Below are positions 30,213-40,143 of a DNA stretch of 64,000 nt, in pieces. Position 1 is the stretch's first letter. Every line of letters starts with the position of its first letter. Source of the DNA: Alphaproteobacteria bacterium (GTDB lineage: Bacteria; Pseudomonadota; Alphaproteobacteria; UBA6615). The position numbers and the translations under genes were made by a program. Location of the stretch: assembly GCA_965261975.1 (NCBI GenBank), contig CBDHEC010000010.1:25030-89029 (forward strand), in the 5' to 3' direction. The notes beneath the pieces are model-generated. The model was not told the origin of the DNA, searched no databases, and saw only the letters and a program-made list of their open reading frames with translations.

Positions 30213-31297
30213 GCAATCCCGATCAGGAATTCTGGCGCGGACGACGCGTCCTCGTGACAGGCCATACCGGCTTCAAGGGCGCATGGCTGAGCGCATGGCT
30301 GGAAATGCTGGGTGCGGAAGTGCACGGGTTTGCCCTTGCTCCGGAACCAGGCGCAAACCTGTTTCGTGATCTGGGTGACTGGACTTATCTCACCTCCATG
30401 ACCGGCGATATCCGCGATCGGGAAGCCGTGGAAATCGCCTGCGCGGCCGCCAACCCGGACATCGTCATTCACCTTGCCGCACAGTCGTTGGTACGCCGCG
30501 CCCACCGGGATCCGTTGGGCACATACGCCACCAACGTCCAGGGAACCGGAAATCTGCTGGAGAAGCTCGATGCCTGCACCGGGCTACGCGCGATCCTGGT
30601 CGTCACCAGCGACAAGTGTTACCGCAACGACAACAGCGGGCGCCCGTTCGTGGAATCCGACCCGCTGGGCGGCAGCGAACCCTACAGCGCCTCGAAGGCG
30701 GCGCAGGAAACGCTGAGTGCCGGCTGGCGCAAGGGAATCCTCGAGAACCGCGACCGCGCACCGCGCCTCGCCACCGCGCGGGCCGGCAATGTCATTGGTG
30801 GCGGCGATTGGTCGGAGGACCGAATACTGCCCGACCTCTTCCGGGCCATCGACGCCGGTCAGGCGCTCGAGGTTCGCAACCCGGATGCAACGCGCCCCTG
30901 GCAACATGTCCTCGATGTGCTGGCGGGTTACATGCGTTACGTCGAGGCCATGGTCCGCAACGAAGATGCGACGCTGCCCAGCGCCCTCAATTTCGGACCC
31001 GATACAGAGACAGCACAGCCCGTGCGCTGGGTTCTGGAACAGGTGATCGAAACGGCGCGCACCGAGGGTGTTCAGGTGGAAGACTGGCAGCACACGCCGC
31101 AGGACGGGCCGGTGGAGGCCAGGAACCTGGCGCTCGACGCGTCGCTCTCGGCGGCCACATTGGATTGGCACCCACATTTGTCCCAGGCGGATGCCGCCGA
31201 GTGGACGGCGCGCTGGCACGCGCAAGCCCTGCAGGGCAAATCGCCGCGCGACCTCGTCGAAGGGCAAATCAGCGCCTATCAGGAACTGGCGACATGA
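30209..31297 (+). CDS. rfbG: CDP-glucose 4,6-dehydratase
   Basis: TGHTGFKGAWL, HLAAQSLV, TSDKCY, YSASK, RAGNVIGGGDW, RPWQHV. Confidence 0.94.
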   Translation: MSNPDQEFWRGRRVLVTGHTGFKGAWLSAWLEMLGAEVHGFALAPEPGANLFRDLGDWTYLTSMTGDIRDREAVEIACAAANPDIVIHLAAQSLVRRAHRDPLGTYATNVQGTGNLLEKLDACTGLRAILVVTSDKCYRNDNSGRPFVESDPLGGSEPYSASKAAQETLSAGWRKGILENRDRAPRLATARAGNVIGGGDWSEDRILPDLFRAIDAGQALEVRNPDATRPWQHVLDVLAGYMRYVEAMVRNEDATLPSALNFGPDTETAQPVRWVLEQVIETARTEGVQVEDWQHTPQDGPVEARNLALDASLSAATLDWHPHLSQADAAEWTARWHAQALQGKSPRDLVEGQISAYQELAT

Positions 31298-32541
31298 GCG
31301 CGCGCAGCGAAACACATCCCGCGTGCCGATTCTGTGGCGAGCCCCTGCGGACCAGCTTCGCCAATCTGGGTGAAACACCGCTGGCAAACAGCTATCTCGA
31401 CAACGCCGACCCGGGCACGGCGGACCCCCGGTACCCGCTCCACGCGCGCGTGTGTGACAGTTGCCTGCTCGTCCAGGCGGAAGACGTCGTGCCGGCCGAA
31501 GAAATTTTCTCCGACTACGCCTACTTCTCGTCCTTCTCGACGAGCTGGGTCGCGCATGCGCAAGCCTATACGAAGATGGCGCAAAAACGCTTCGGGCTGG
31601 GTCCGTCGAGTTCGGTCATCGAGGTCGCCAGCAATGATGGCTACCTGCTGCAGCATTTCGTCAAGGCAGGCATACCTGTCCTCGGGATCGAGCCCGCCGC
31701 CAATGTCGCCAAGGCCGCCGAAGCAAACGGCGTACCGACATTGGCCGCGTTCTTCGGTCTCGATCTCGCCAGAACCCTGCGGGACAAGGGAACCAAAGCG
31801 GACCTGTTACTCGGCAACAACGTGCTGGCCCATGTTCCCGATCTCAACGATTTCGTTGCCGGTCTCGCGCATCTGTTATCGGATGATGGCGTGCTGACGA
31901 TGGAATTTCCCCATCTGGCACGGCTGATCGAGGACGCGCAGTTCGATACGGTCTACCACGAGCATTTCTCGTATTTCTCACTGCTCGTCGTCGAGAAGAT
32001 ATTCGCCCGCCACGGGCTGCGACTGTTCGATGTCGAAGAACTGCCGACCCATGGCGGGAGCTTGCGGATTTTTGCATCACTGATGGCCGGCACCGCACGC
32101 CCGGAAGAGCCCGGGCTCGCGAAAGTCCGACGCGACGAGGTCGCAATGGGGCTCGACAAGATCGAGAGCTACGCCGGGTTCCAGGCCCGCATTGAGGCCA
32201 TTCGCGACGGCCTCCTGGCGTTTCTTGCCAAGTCGCGCGCCGAGGGCAAAACCGTCGTCGCCTACGGCGCCGCCGCCAAGGGGAACACGCTGCTCAATTA
32301 CTGCGGCGTAGACGATTCCCGGATCGACTATGTGGCCGATGTCAGCGACCAGAAGCAGGGCAAATTTCTGCCGGGCAGCCGTATCCCGATCGTGCCGCCC
32401 GAGCGAATACGCGACACGAAGCCGGACTATGTGCTGATATTGCCCTGGAATCTCAAACGCGAGATCACGACCGCCCACGACGACATCGCGGAATGGGGCG
32501 GTCGGTTCGTTGTCGCCGTACCGGAGCTGACCATCTTGTGA
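31294..32541 (+). CDS. NDP-hexose C3-methyltransferase
   Basis: N-terminal CxxC...CxxC Zn site, EVASNDG, YHEH, YGAAAKG, LPWN; true start 31294 inside the longer track ORF. Confidence 0.9.
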   Translation: MSARSETHPACRFCGEPLRTSFANLGETPLANSYLDNADPGTADPRYPLHARVCDSCLLVQAEDVVPAEEIFSDYAYFSSFSTSWVAHAQAYTKMAQKRFGLGPSSSVIEVASNDGYLLQHFVKAGIPVLGIEPAANVAKAAEANGVPTLAAFFGLDLARTLRDKGTKADLLLGNNVLAHVPDLNDFVAGLAHLLSDDGVLTMEFPHLARLIEDAQFDTVYHEHFSYFSLLVVEKIFARHGLRLFDVEELPTHGGSLRIFASLMAGTARPEEPGLAKVRRDEVAMGLDKIESYAGFQARIEAIRDGLLAFLAKSRAEGKTVVAYGAAAKGNTLLNYCGVDDSRIDYVADVSDQKQGKFLPGSRIPIVPPERIRDTKPDYVLILPWNLKREITTAHDDIAEWGGRFVVAVPELTIL

Positions 32542-33077
32542 TGAAGTTGATGCCCACGGATATCGCCGGCGTCTTCGAAGTCGCGACAGCGCCCATTGCC
32601 GATACGCGCGGCGACTTCGCGCGAAGCTATTGCGCCGACGAGTTTCGATCGGCCGGCATTAACTTCGACGTTGTCCAGATCAATATTTCGCGCAATCACC
32701 TGCGGGGCACGCTGCGGGGCATGCATTACCAGGCGGAACCGATACCCGACCCCAAACTGGTCCGCTGCACGCGCGGACGCATCTTCGATGTTGCCGTAGA
32801 CCTTCGACCCCAGTCGAGCACCTTCTGTCATTGGACCAGCGCCGAACTGACCGCCGATGGCCAGAACGCCATGTTCGTGCCATCCGGATGCGCGCACGGC
32901 TTTCTGACACTCGAGGACGATTGCGAGATCGAGTATCTGATGGGTGCGGCATATGTCGCGGATCTGGCGCGCGGTGTGCGTTGGGACGACCCGGCCTTTG
33001 CCATCGATTGGCCAGATGCACCGACGCTGATGTCCGACCGCGACGCGGCGTTCCGCGATTTTTCTGCCGAGATATAG
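32541..33077 (+). CDS. rfbC: NDP-4-keto-6-deoxyhexose 3,5-epimerase (RmlC-like)
   Basis: [29 protein letters not shown]. Confidence 0.9.
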   Translation: MKLMPTDIAGVFEVATAPIADTRGDFARSYCADEFRSAGINFDVVQINISRNHLRGTLRGMHYQAEPIPDPKLVRCTRGRIFDVAVDLRPQSSTFCHWTSAELTADGQNAMFVPSGCAHGFLTLEDDCEIEYLMGAAYVADLARGVRWDDPAFAIDWPDAPTLMSDRDAAFRDFSAEI

Positions 33078-33078
33078 A

Positions 33079-33669
33079 ATGGGCGGCATCAGCTACACTC
33101 TCCGCCGCCTGTTCGGCGCCCCGGCCCGCAAGAGCCAGCTTCCCGGCTACATCACCATCGGACGTGGCACCTACGGCCTCGATCGGAACAGCTTTGCAGG
33201 CCTGTCCCCCGACTGCCCGGTGACCGTCGGAAACTACTGTTCCGTCGGCCCCGATGTGATGGTGCTGTGCAAGACCGACCACCGGACTGATCGACCCGCA
33301 ACCTACCCCGTTCGCAGCCTGCTGACGGGCAGCGGTACCAACATGGATGCGATCACACGTGGCCCCATCAGCATCGGGCACGATGTGTGGATCGGCGCAC
33401 GGGCCGTCATCCTCAGCGGGGTGACGATCGGGAACGGCGCCATCATTGGTGCCGGCGCCGTGGTTGCACGTGACATCGAACCCTATTCGATCAATGTCGG
33501 TGTTCCGGCCAAGAAAGTACGCGATCGGTTCGAGGCAACACAGATATCCGCACTCGAAGCCATCGCATGGTGGAACTGGCCGGAATCGAAAATCGCCGAG
33601 TCCGCCGAACTTTTCGACGCGAGCATCGACGACTTTCTCGCCCGCGCGCCGCGAGCCGGCGATGCCTGA
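33079..33669 (+). CDS. CatB-related hexapeptide O-acetyltransferase
   Basis: [33 protein letters not shown]. Confidence 0.88.
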   Translation: MGGISYTLRRLFGAPARKSQLPGYITIGRGTYGLDRNSFAGLSPDCPVTVGNYCSVGPDVMVLCKTDHRTDRPATYPVRSLLTGSGTNMDAITRGPISIGHDVWIGARAVILSGVTIGNGAIIGAGAVVARDIEPYSINVGVPAKKVRDRFEATQISALEAIAWWNWPESKIAESAELFDASIDDFLARAPRAGDA

Positions 33670-34579
33670 TCTGCGCACCGCGCCCCGGTTCAGATCTGCA
33701 CTGGTCACCGGCGCGACGGGGTTTCTCGGATCTCATCTGGCAAACCGTCTGTCCGACTCAGGCGTTGCGGTGACCGTTGTGACGCGTCCGTCAAGCGATC
33801 CGGCGCGTATTGCCCAAATGCCGGACACCATCGAGATCCACACCGCGACAGGCACCGGCGACGATCTCATCGCCTGCCTCGAACAGGCCAGGCCCGATGT
33901 CGTGTTCCATCTCGGGGCCCGTTATGTCGCTGCGCATAAGCCCGGGGATATTGCGGGTCTGATCGATGATAACGTGATCTTCACGGCCCACCTCTGCGAA
34001 GCCCTGACGATGGCCGGGGTCCGCTCGTTGGTCACGGCCGGCACCGGATGGCAGAATGCGGGGAGCGCACCGGGCGACCCGACACCGACACCCAACACAC
34101 TTTACGCGGCGAGCAAGCAGGCGGCGGACGATATCATCGACTACTACGTCAGTTCGTCGGAATTGAATGCACTCACGCTCAAGATCTACGACAGCTACGG
34201 CCCCCGGGACCCGCGGCGCAAGTTCCTGTCGGTGCTGCGCGAGGCTGCGGAAAACGGAGAGGCAATAGACGCGACACCGGGCGATCAATTGCTCCACATG
34301 GTGCATGTCGATGACCTGAACGACGGTTTTGTCCATGCCGGCAATCTTCTGCTATCGGGGGATATTCGAGGACGCGCCAGTCACACCCTGCCGTCTGCAA
34401 AGAGCGTCACGCTGCGTGAACTGGCCGAAACGTGGATGTCGGCGAACGATCGTCATGTCGAGATCCACTGGGGTCGCAGACCCCATCGTGACGGCGAAGT
34501 CATGGTCCCGTGGGACGGCGCCCCCCTGCCCGGCTGGTCACCTCGGATCGATCTGAAAACCGGCCTGAAAGGCTGCTAA
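33662..34579 (+). CDS. NAD-dependent epimerase/reductase (CDP-sugar 4-reductase-like)
   Basis: [19 protein letters not shown]; start MPDL at 33662. Confidence 0.87.
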   Translation: MPDLRTAPRFRSALVTGATGFLGSHLANRLSDSGVAVTVVTRPSSDPARIAQMPDTIEIHTATGTGDDLIACLEQARPDVVFHLGARYVAAHKPGDIAGLIDDNVIFTAHLCEALTMAGVRSLVTAGTGWQNAGSAPGDPTPTPNTLYAASKQAADDIIDYYVSSSELNALTLKIYDSYGPRDPRRKFLSVLREAAENGEAIDATPGDQLLHMVHVDDLNDGFVHAGNLLLSGDIRGRASHTLPSAKSVTLRELAETWMSANDRHVEIHWGRRPHRDGEVMVPWDGAPLPGWSPRIDLKTGLKGC

Positions 34580-34601
34580 CCCGTCGTTCCCACCTGCGTG
34601 G

Positions 34602-35351
34602 CTAGCCAAAGATATCCGGCAAGCCGCCAGAGAGAAAACGCCTGGGCGCATACCCGAAATCCTTGCTCGCCGCACCCTCATCGAACGCCAAATCCTGGTT
34701 CATCCGATACGCGACGTCCGCGCTCAACTCACTGCCGGGCACAACCGCCCAGGCCGACAAGTCGTCATTCCCGCAGGACGGGAGATGGCCGGCCAGCAGC
34801 TGCGCTTCCCATCCGGATCGAACGAGATTGGGGTGTACCGCTTTCGCGACATCCGGCCGTTCGAGCGTAACCTTGGCATGGGCGACAATGCGGTCGCAGC
34901 GGGCGAGCAGAACATCGGACAACCGCATGCCCAGGCCCGTGTCGCCCGCCCAACCACGTGCGATCAGAATGTCGATCGTGGATACGCCGCCGTCGGTCGC
35001 ACCCGAACCATCCAGCAGGACGAGTTGGTCAAAATGTCCTGCCGAACCTTCGATGCCGCGCCAGTCCGTTGTCGCGCCCTGGGCATCGAGCGGAAACGAA
35101 TCGACAATGACCAACGGGTCGGAACTCTGATCAAGGTCGAGTTTCGGCGCGTTCAAATTCTCGCTCAGGTCATCGGGTCGATCCGGCGCGTTCTCGGGTG
35201 ACGTACTGTCGGGCGCAGTCGCGTCCGGCGCGATCCGGCTTGTTTTATCCGGCTTTGGGACATTGCTCTGCTGTTCGTTCGAGAACATGACAAAGAGGAC
35301 GCCCAGACCAAGGATCAGCCCGATCACAAATATCCATCGATAGACGCGCAT
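34602..35351 (-). CDS. Membrane-anchored hypothetical protein, apparently chimeric (epimerase-like C-terminal tail)
   Basis: N-terminal TM; GWA...RPDVA...SGW domain; last ~45 aa RMNQDLAFD...KDFGYAPRRF look like the end of an extended SDR. Confidence 0.6.
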   Translation of the reverse strand: MRVYRWIFVIGLILGLGVLFVMFSNEQQSNVPKPDKTSRIAPDATAPDSTSPENAPDRPDDLSENLNAPKLDLDQSSDPLVIVDSFPLDAQGATTDWRGIEGSAGHFDQLVLLDGSGATDGGVSTIDILIARGWAGDTGLGMRLSDVLLARCDRIVAHAKVTLERPDVAKAVHPNLVRSGWEAQLLAGHLPSCGNDDLSAWAVVPGSELSADVAYRMNQDLAFDEGAASKDFGYAPRRFLSGGLPDIFG

Positions 35352-35565
35352 CTGAGTCTCGTCACCAAACGACGGGGTGGAGTTCGAACATTGCCTGTAG
35401 GGACAATAGTAGCTTCGATTGATCTAGCGCGCCCCGCCCATCGAGGACAAGGGGACATCGGTTTCGGCAACAAAAAGCCCCCGGTGAACGTCACGGGTCC
35501 GTCACATGCGCGCTTTTGTTTGAGACCGGGAGAAGCGGACCGACGATTACGGGTCCCCGCCCGCC

Positions 35566-35841
35566 CTATCGATCATCATTTACTGGCGGCGGCGGGCCCT
35601 GGAAACCAACGAGCCGGTTTCCCGCGCCATCAAGCGGCGCATGATAGCAATCGGCGTTGCCAATCGTGTCGTAGCAATAGACGGGGACCACAATCAGGGG
35701 CGCCTCGTCTTCAAGCCAACCAGCCTCGAGCACCTGGTCGAAGGTGGGCATGTATTCGTGCCACGGATTCTCGCAAGCAGACAGCAGAAATGCCGCGCCC
35801 AACAAAGCGCCTGCCCGCCATCTCTTGCCGATCGTTTCCAT
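35566..35841 (-). CDS. Small lipoprotein
   Basis: Basic N-terminus, hydrophobic core, LSAC lipobox, YCYDTIGNADCY motif. Confidence 0.7.
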   Translation of the reverse strand: METIGKRWRAGALLGAAFLLSACENPWHEYMPTFDQVLEAGWLEDEAPLIVVPVYCYDTIGNADCYHAPLDGAGNRLVGFQGPPPPVNDDR

Positions 35842-35923
35842 GGGCCCAACCTCAGTTGGGCGCAACTTTACCGCCGGCGGGTTAAGAGAGGATTTATCCG
35901 CCGTGAGCCGGAAAGTGCGGACT

Positions 35924-36925
35924 TCAGGCGTTGACGTCGATCACCGTGCGGCCGCGCACATCGCCGGCCAGGATCGACTTTGCCAGACCCGGCACGTCAC
36001 CCAGCGGTGCCACGCTGGTCAAGGCATCCAGCTTGTCCAGCGGCAGGTCCTTGGCAATCCGCTGCCAGATACGCTCGCGATGTTCTTTCGGCTGCATGAC
36101 GGAATCGATGCCAAGGATATTCACCCCGCGCAGCAGGAACGGGAGCACCGTCGTCTCGAGATTGTTTCCGCCCGCCAGCCCGCAGGCCGCGACCGACCCG
36201 CCATATTTCATCTGCGCCAAAACGGTCGCGAGGGTCTTGCCGGCGACGGCATCGACGCAACCCGCCCAACGCTCGCGTTCGAGCGGCCTGGGCTCTGCCT
36301 CCGACAGCTCCGCGCGATCGATCACCTCGGCCGCACCCAGATCCATGAGATAGGGTTCGAGTTCCCGGCGCCCGGAAGACGTGACCACCGTGTAGCCAAG
36401 ATTGGCCAGGATCGCGATCGCGACACTGCCGACACCGCCCGCACCACCGGTGACCAGCACCTCGCCCGCGCCGGGCGTGAGGCCGTGCGCCTCCAGCGCG
36501 TCGACGCATAACATGGAGGTGAATCCGGCCGTCCCGACCGCCATGGCCTGCTGTGTCGTCAGGCCTTCGGGCAAGGGCACCAGCCAGTCGGCGCTGACAC
36601 GCGCCTTCTGGGCCAGGCCGCCCCAGTGAATCTCGCCCACGCGCCAGCCGGTCAGTACGACCCTGTCACCGGGCACGAAGGCGGGGTTGTCGGACTGCTC
36701 GACCGTCCCGGCGAAATCGATGCCCGGCACATGGGGAAACTCCCGCACAAGCCGGCCGATATTCCCGTTCACCACCAGGCCGTCCTTGTAGTTGATGGTC
36801 GAATATTCGACCGCCACCGTGACGTCACCTTCCGGCAGGGCATCGACGCCGACATCCGTGATGGACGCGGATACCTTTTCGTCTTCGCCCTGCTCAAGCA
36901 GGACGGCCTTGAAAGTCTCGCTCAT
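35924..36925 (-). CDS. acuI: YhdH/YhfP family MDR, acrylyl-CoA reductase AcuI-like
   Basis: INYKDG, PGIDFAG, GTAGFT, TGGAGGVGS, LPFLLRGV, GIDS. Confidence 0.88.
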   Translation of the reverse strand: MSETFKAVLLEQGEDEKVSASITDVGVDALPEGDVTVAVEYSTINYKDGLVVNGNIGRLVREFPHVPGIDFAGTVEQSDNPAFVPGDRVVLTGWRVGEIHWGGLAQKARVSADWLVPLPEGLTTQQAMAVGTAGFTSMLCVDALEAHGLTPGAGEVLVTGGAGGVGSVAIAILANLGYTVVTSSGRRELEPYLMDLGAAEVIDRAELSEAEPRPLERERWAGCVDAVAGKTLATVLAQMKYGGSVAACGLAGGNNLETTVLPFLLRGVNILGIDSVMQPKEHRERIWQRIAKDLPLDKLDALTSVAPLGDVPGLAKSILAGDVRGRTVIDVNA

Positions 36926-36958
36926 CTCTTCGCAATCCCGGTTCGTGGCGTCTTGGTG

Positions 36959-38119
36959 CTAACGCAGCGGCTCAAGGATCGAAACATAGCTGGAGACCGC
37001 CGACCCTCCCATGTTGAACACCGCGCCCAGATTCGGGCTGTCGAGTTGCAGATCACCGGCTGTGCCCGTGAGCTGCATGGACGCGATGGCGTGCATCGAC
37101 AGGCCGGTCGCGCCCAGCGGGTGGCCCTTGGCTTTCAGGCCGCCGGAACGGTTCACCGGCAGTTTGCCGTCGGCATAGGTCCAGCCTTCCTTGATCGCCG
37201 TCTCGCCCTGGCCCTTCTCGGTCAGGCCCATCGCCTCATAGGACAGCAGTTCGGCGCTGGTGAAGCAGTCATGGACCTCGGCGAAACCGAGGTCACCGAT
37301 CGAGATACCGGCCTCGGCAAATGCCCGGGCGAAAGCCTCGGCGGGGCCCTCGAAATCGATCACGGTCCGGCGTGACATGGGCAGATAATCCTGCACATGC
37401 TGGGCCGCGCGGAAATAGACCGCCTTGTCCATCTTCAGCGCGGTGTCGACATCGGTCAGCACGATGGCCGCAGCACCATCCGACACCAGCGAGCAATCGG
37501 TCCGCTTGAGCGGGCCGGCGACGACCGGGTTCTTCTCCGACACGTTACGGCAGAAGTCGTAGCCCAGGTCCTTCTGCAGCTGGGCGTAGGGATTGTCGCA
37601 ACCGTTCTTGTGGTTCTTGGCCGCGATCATTGCCAGCGCGTCGGACTTGTCGCCGTATTTCTGGAAATAGGCATCGGTAATCTGCCCGAAGATCTCCGCA
37701 AAGCTCGAGGCCGATTCCTCGCGCAGGTATGACGCCTTGGAGAGAATACCGCCGAGCACCTCGCCGCTCACGTCGGTCATCTTCTCCACCCCGACGCACA
37801 GGACGATGCGGCCGCGCTTGGCCGCAATGTGATTGAGCCCCTGATAGATCGCGGCCGATCCGGTCGCGCAGGCATTCTCGACATGGGTCGACGGCTTGAA
37901 ACGGAGATCCTCATGGGCCTGCAGCACGAGCGAGGCCGGGAATTCCTGGTTCACGAAGCCGCCGCCGAAGGTGCCCAGATAGATTGCATCCACATCCTTG
38001 GGCTCGACCCCGGCATCGCGCATGGCGCCCGTGGCGACGCTGACGATCATGTCCTCGATGTCGTCGTCCGCGCGTTTCCCGAATTTCAGATGGTCCCAGC
38101 CAACGATACATGCGGTCAT
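36959..38119 (-). CDS. Acetyl-CoA acetyltransferase (SCP-x-type thiolase)
   Basis: ENACATG, HDCF, GHPLGATG. Confidence 0.9.
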   Translation of the reverse strand: MTACIVGWDHLKFGKRADDDIEDMIVSVATGAMRDAGVEPKDVDAIYLGTFGGGFVNQEFPASLVLQAHEDLRFKPSTHVENACATGSAAIYQGLNHIAAKRGRIVLCVGVEKMTDVSGEVLGGILSKASYLREESASSFAEIFGQITDAYFQKYGDKSDALAMIAAKNHKNGCDNPYAQLQKDLGYDFCRNVSEKNPVVAGPLKRTDCSLVSDGAAAIVLTDVDTALKMDKAVYFRAAQHVQDYLPMSRRTVIDFEGPAEAFARAFAEAGISIGDLGFAEVHDCFTSAELLSYEAMGLTEKGQGETAIKEGWTYADGKLPVNRSGGLKAKGHPLGATGLSMHAIASMQLTGTAGDLQLDSPNLGAVFNMGGSAVSSYVSILEPLR

Positions 38120-38365
38120 GAGTGGTTCTCCTTGGTCTCGACGGGCGCCCGCGAGAGTGGACCCGTTTCATGATGGATCCGGCGAAATACGCGCCGAGAA
38201 CCTTTGGTGCGGTGCACAATTAGACAGGAAATATAGGCCCGCCAACGGCAGAAGTCAGCCAAAAGTCGGTGGCGATCCCACCCCGTGAGCAACAGGTTGA
38301 ATTGTCTGGGAAATCATGGCCCGGCGCGGTCACGCGGACGTACAACCGCGTCCCGGGTTACAGGC

Positions 38366-40141
38366 TCATGCCGCGCGGCGTCCGGTCTCGAGCGCGTCGC
38401 GCACATTCTCGCTGTCGCGGATGCCGAGCATGTGATGGGCATGCCACAGCGCATAGTACAGCAACACCCAGGCAGCAAAGCCGGGGCGCTTACCCTTCTT
38501 GGCAAAGAGCGATTCCACCGCGCGCGGTTCACACATCTCGAGGACGCCGGGCTGGTGGGCAACAAGCGGTCCGATCTCCAGGGCGCTGGCTTCCATCCAT
38601 TCGGCGACCGGCACGCTGAAGCCGCGCTTGCGTTCGAAGGGGCGCGCTTCGGGAAGAACGCCTTCGAGCCATTTCCGCAGCAACCATTTGCCGCGCCCGT
38701 CGGACACCTTGAGATGGTCCGGCAGCCGGAAGGCCACCGCAGCGACCTCCGGGTCCAGGAACGGCGTTCGTCCCTCGACCCCGTGCGACATCAGGCATCG
38801 ATCCACCTTGATCAAAAGATCATTCGGGAGCCAGTCTGCACAGTCTGCCGCCTGCGCCGACTGGAGGCGGCTATACGTCCCGGTATCGGCGGTTTGCTCG
38901 GCCGCCGCGATCCCGTCGCGCCAACCGGTCGGCGGATCGCGCAACACGCTCAAGCCATCGAAGACACCGCGCGCGCGCATGCCGCGCCCGCCGCGCCACC
39001 ATGGCCGCATGGCGCTGCGATAGCGGCCATATCCGGCAAACAGCTCGTCTCCCCCTTCACCGGTCAGAACCACTTTCAGCCCGGCCGCCTTCACCGCTTG
39101 CGCAAGAAAGTATGTCGGCACCATCGCATAGTCCGCCGTCGGGTCATCCATCGCCGCGGCAATTTTCGGCAGGTCCCGCCAGAACATATCTGCATCGATC
39201 GCCAGTTCGGTCATCTCCGCGCCCGTGATCCTGGCCAGTTCACGCGCATGTTCGCGCTCGTCGGGAACGGATGTTCCCACAAAGCCGGCGGTGAACGCCT
39301 GGACCGGCTGGCTGTTCAGCTCAGCCATCAAAGCGAGGAGCGCCGAACTGTCGACACCGCCGGACAGGAACATCCCGTAGGGCACGTCGGAACGCTGATG
39401 CACCTCGACACTGTTACGCAGCGCCGTGTCGAGAAGCTCGAGCGCGGTTTCCTCGTTCCAGTCCGCAGGGCCTTCAGACGGCAAAACGGTCCGCCGTCGG
39501 CGGGCAACCACGCGGCCGTCGCGCACGACAACCGATTCCCCCGGCAACACGCGCGTAATGGATTCAAACACCGTCTCGGCGCCGGTCGTGAACTGAAGCT
39601 GGAGCAACTCGGACAGTGCGGTTGGGTTGACCTGCGGTGTCACCATCCCGGAATCGATAAGCGCCTGCGGTTCGGATGCGAATGCAAAGCCGCGATCGGT
39701 CTGCGCGTAATAGAGCGGCTTGATCCCGAACGGGTCGCGCGCCAGCACAAGCTGGCCCTCGATCGGGTCGTAGAGCGCAATGGCGTACATGCCCCGGAGG
39801 TGATCGACAAAATCGAGGCCATACTTACGGTACAGATGCAACGGTGGTTCGCAGTCGGACCGCGTCGCGAAGGCCTCGCCATCCATCTGCGCGCGAAGCT
39901 CGACATAGTTGTAAATTTCGCCATTCGCGACCAGAACGGCCCCGCCCGGCTCATAGAGTGGCTGGGTACCGGTCTCCAGGTCGATGATGGCGAGACGGGT
40001 CTGACCCAGCGCGACATTCCGGGCCGTGTAGGCGCCATCGCCATCCGGGCCGCGATGCTGCAGGGAATCGACGAGGCGCTGCAGCACGCCCGCATCTGCG
40101 GTCGTCCCATCGGCACCCATGACACCCGCGATTCCACACAT
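38366..40141 (-). CDS. asnB: Asparagine synthase (glutamine-hydrolysing) family amidotransferase
   Basis: MCGIAG, HRGPD, NGEIYN, LSGGVDSS, TGEGGDE; in an LPS glycosyltransferase operon. Confidence 0.92.
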   Translation of the reverse strand: MCGIAGVMGADGTTADAGVLQRLVDSLQHRGPDGDGAYTARNVALGQTRLAIIDLETGTQPLYEPGGAVLVANGEIYNYVELRAQMDGEAFATRSDCEPPLHLYRKYGLDFVDHLRGMYAIALYDPIEGQLVLARDPFGIKPLYYAQTDRGFAFASEPQALIDSGMVTPQVNPTALSELLQLQFTTGAETVFESITRVLPGESVVVRDGRVVARRRRTVLPSEGPADWNEETALELLDTALRNSVEVHQRSDVPYGMFLSGGVDSSALLALMAELNSQPVQAFTAGFVGTSVPDEREHARELARITGAEMTELAIDADMFWRDLPKIAAAMDDPTADYAMVPTYFLAQAVKAAGLKVVLTGEGGDELFAGYGRYRSAMRPWWRGGRGMRARGVFDGLSVLRDPPTGWRDGIAAAEQTADTGTYSRLQSAQAADCADWLPNDLLIKVDRCLMSHGVEGRTPFLDPEVAAVAFRLPDHLKVSDGRGKWLLRKWLEGVLPEARPFERKRGFSVPVAEWMEASALEIGPLVAHQPGVLEMCEPRAVESLFAKKGKRPGFAAWVLLYYALWHAHHMLGIRDSENVRDALETGRRAA

Positions 40142-40143
40142 CG

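Noticed and set aside
33079-33669. Antibiotic resistance gene (catB/vat)
   Set aside because: It is embedded in a sugar biosynthesis operon, so glycan acetylation is more parsimonious.
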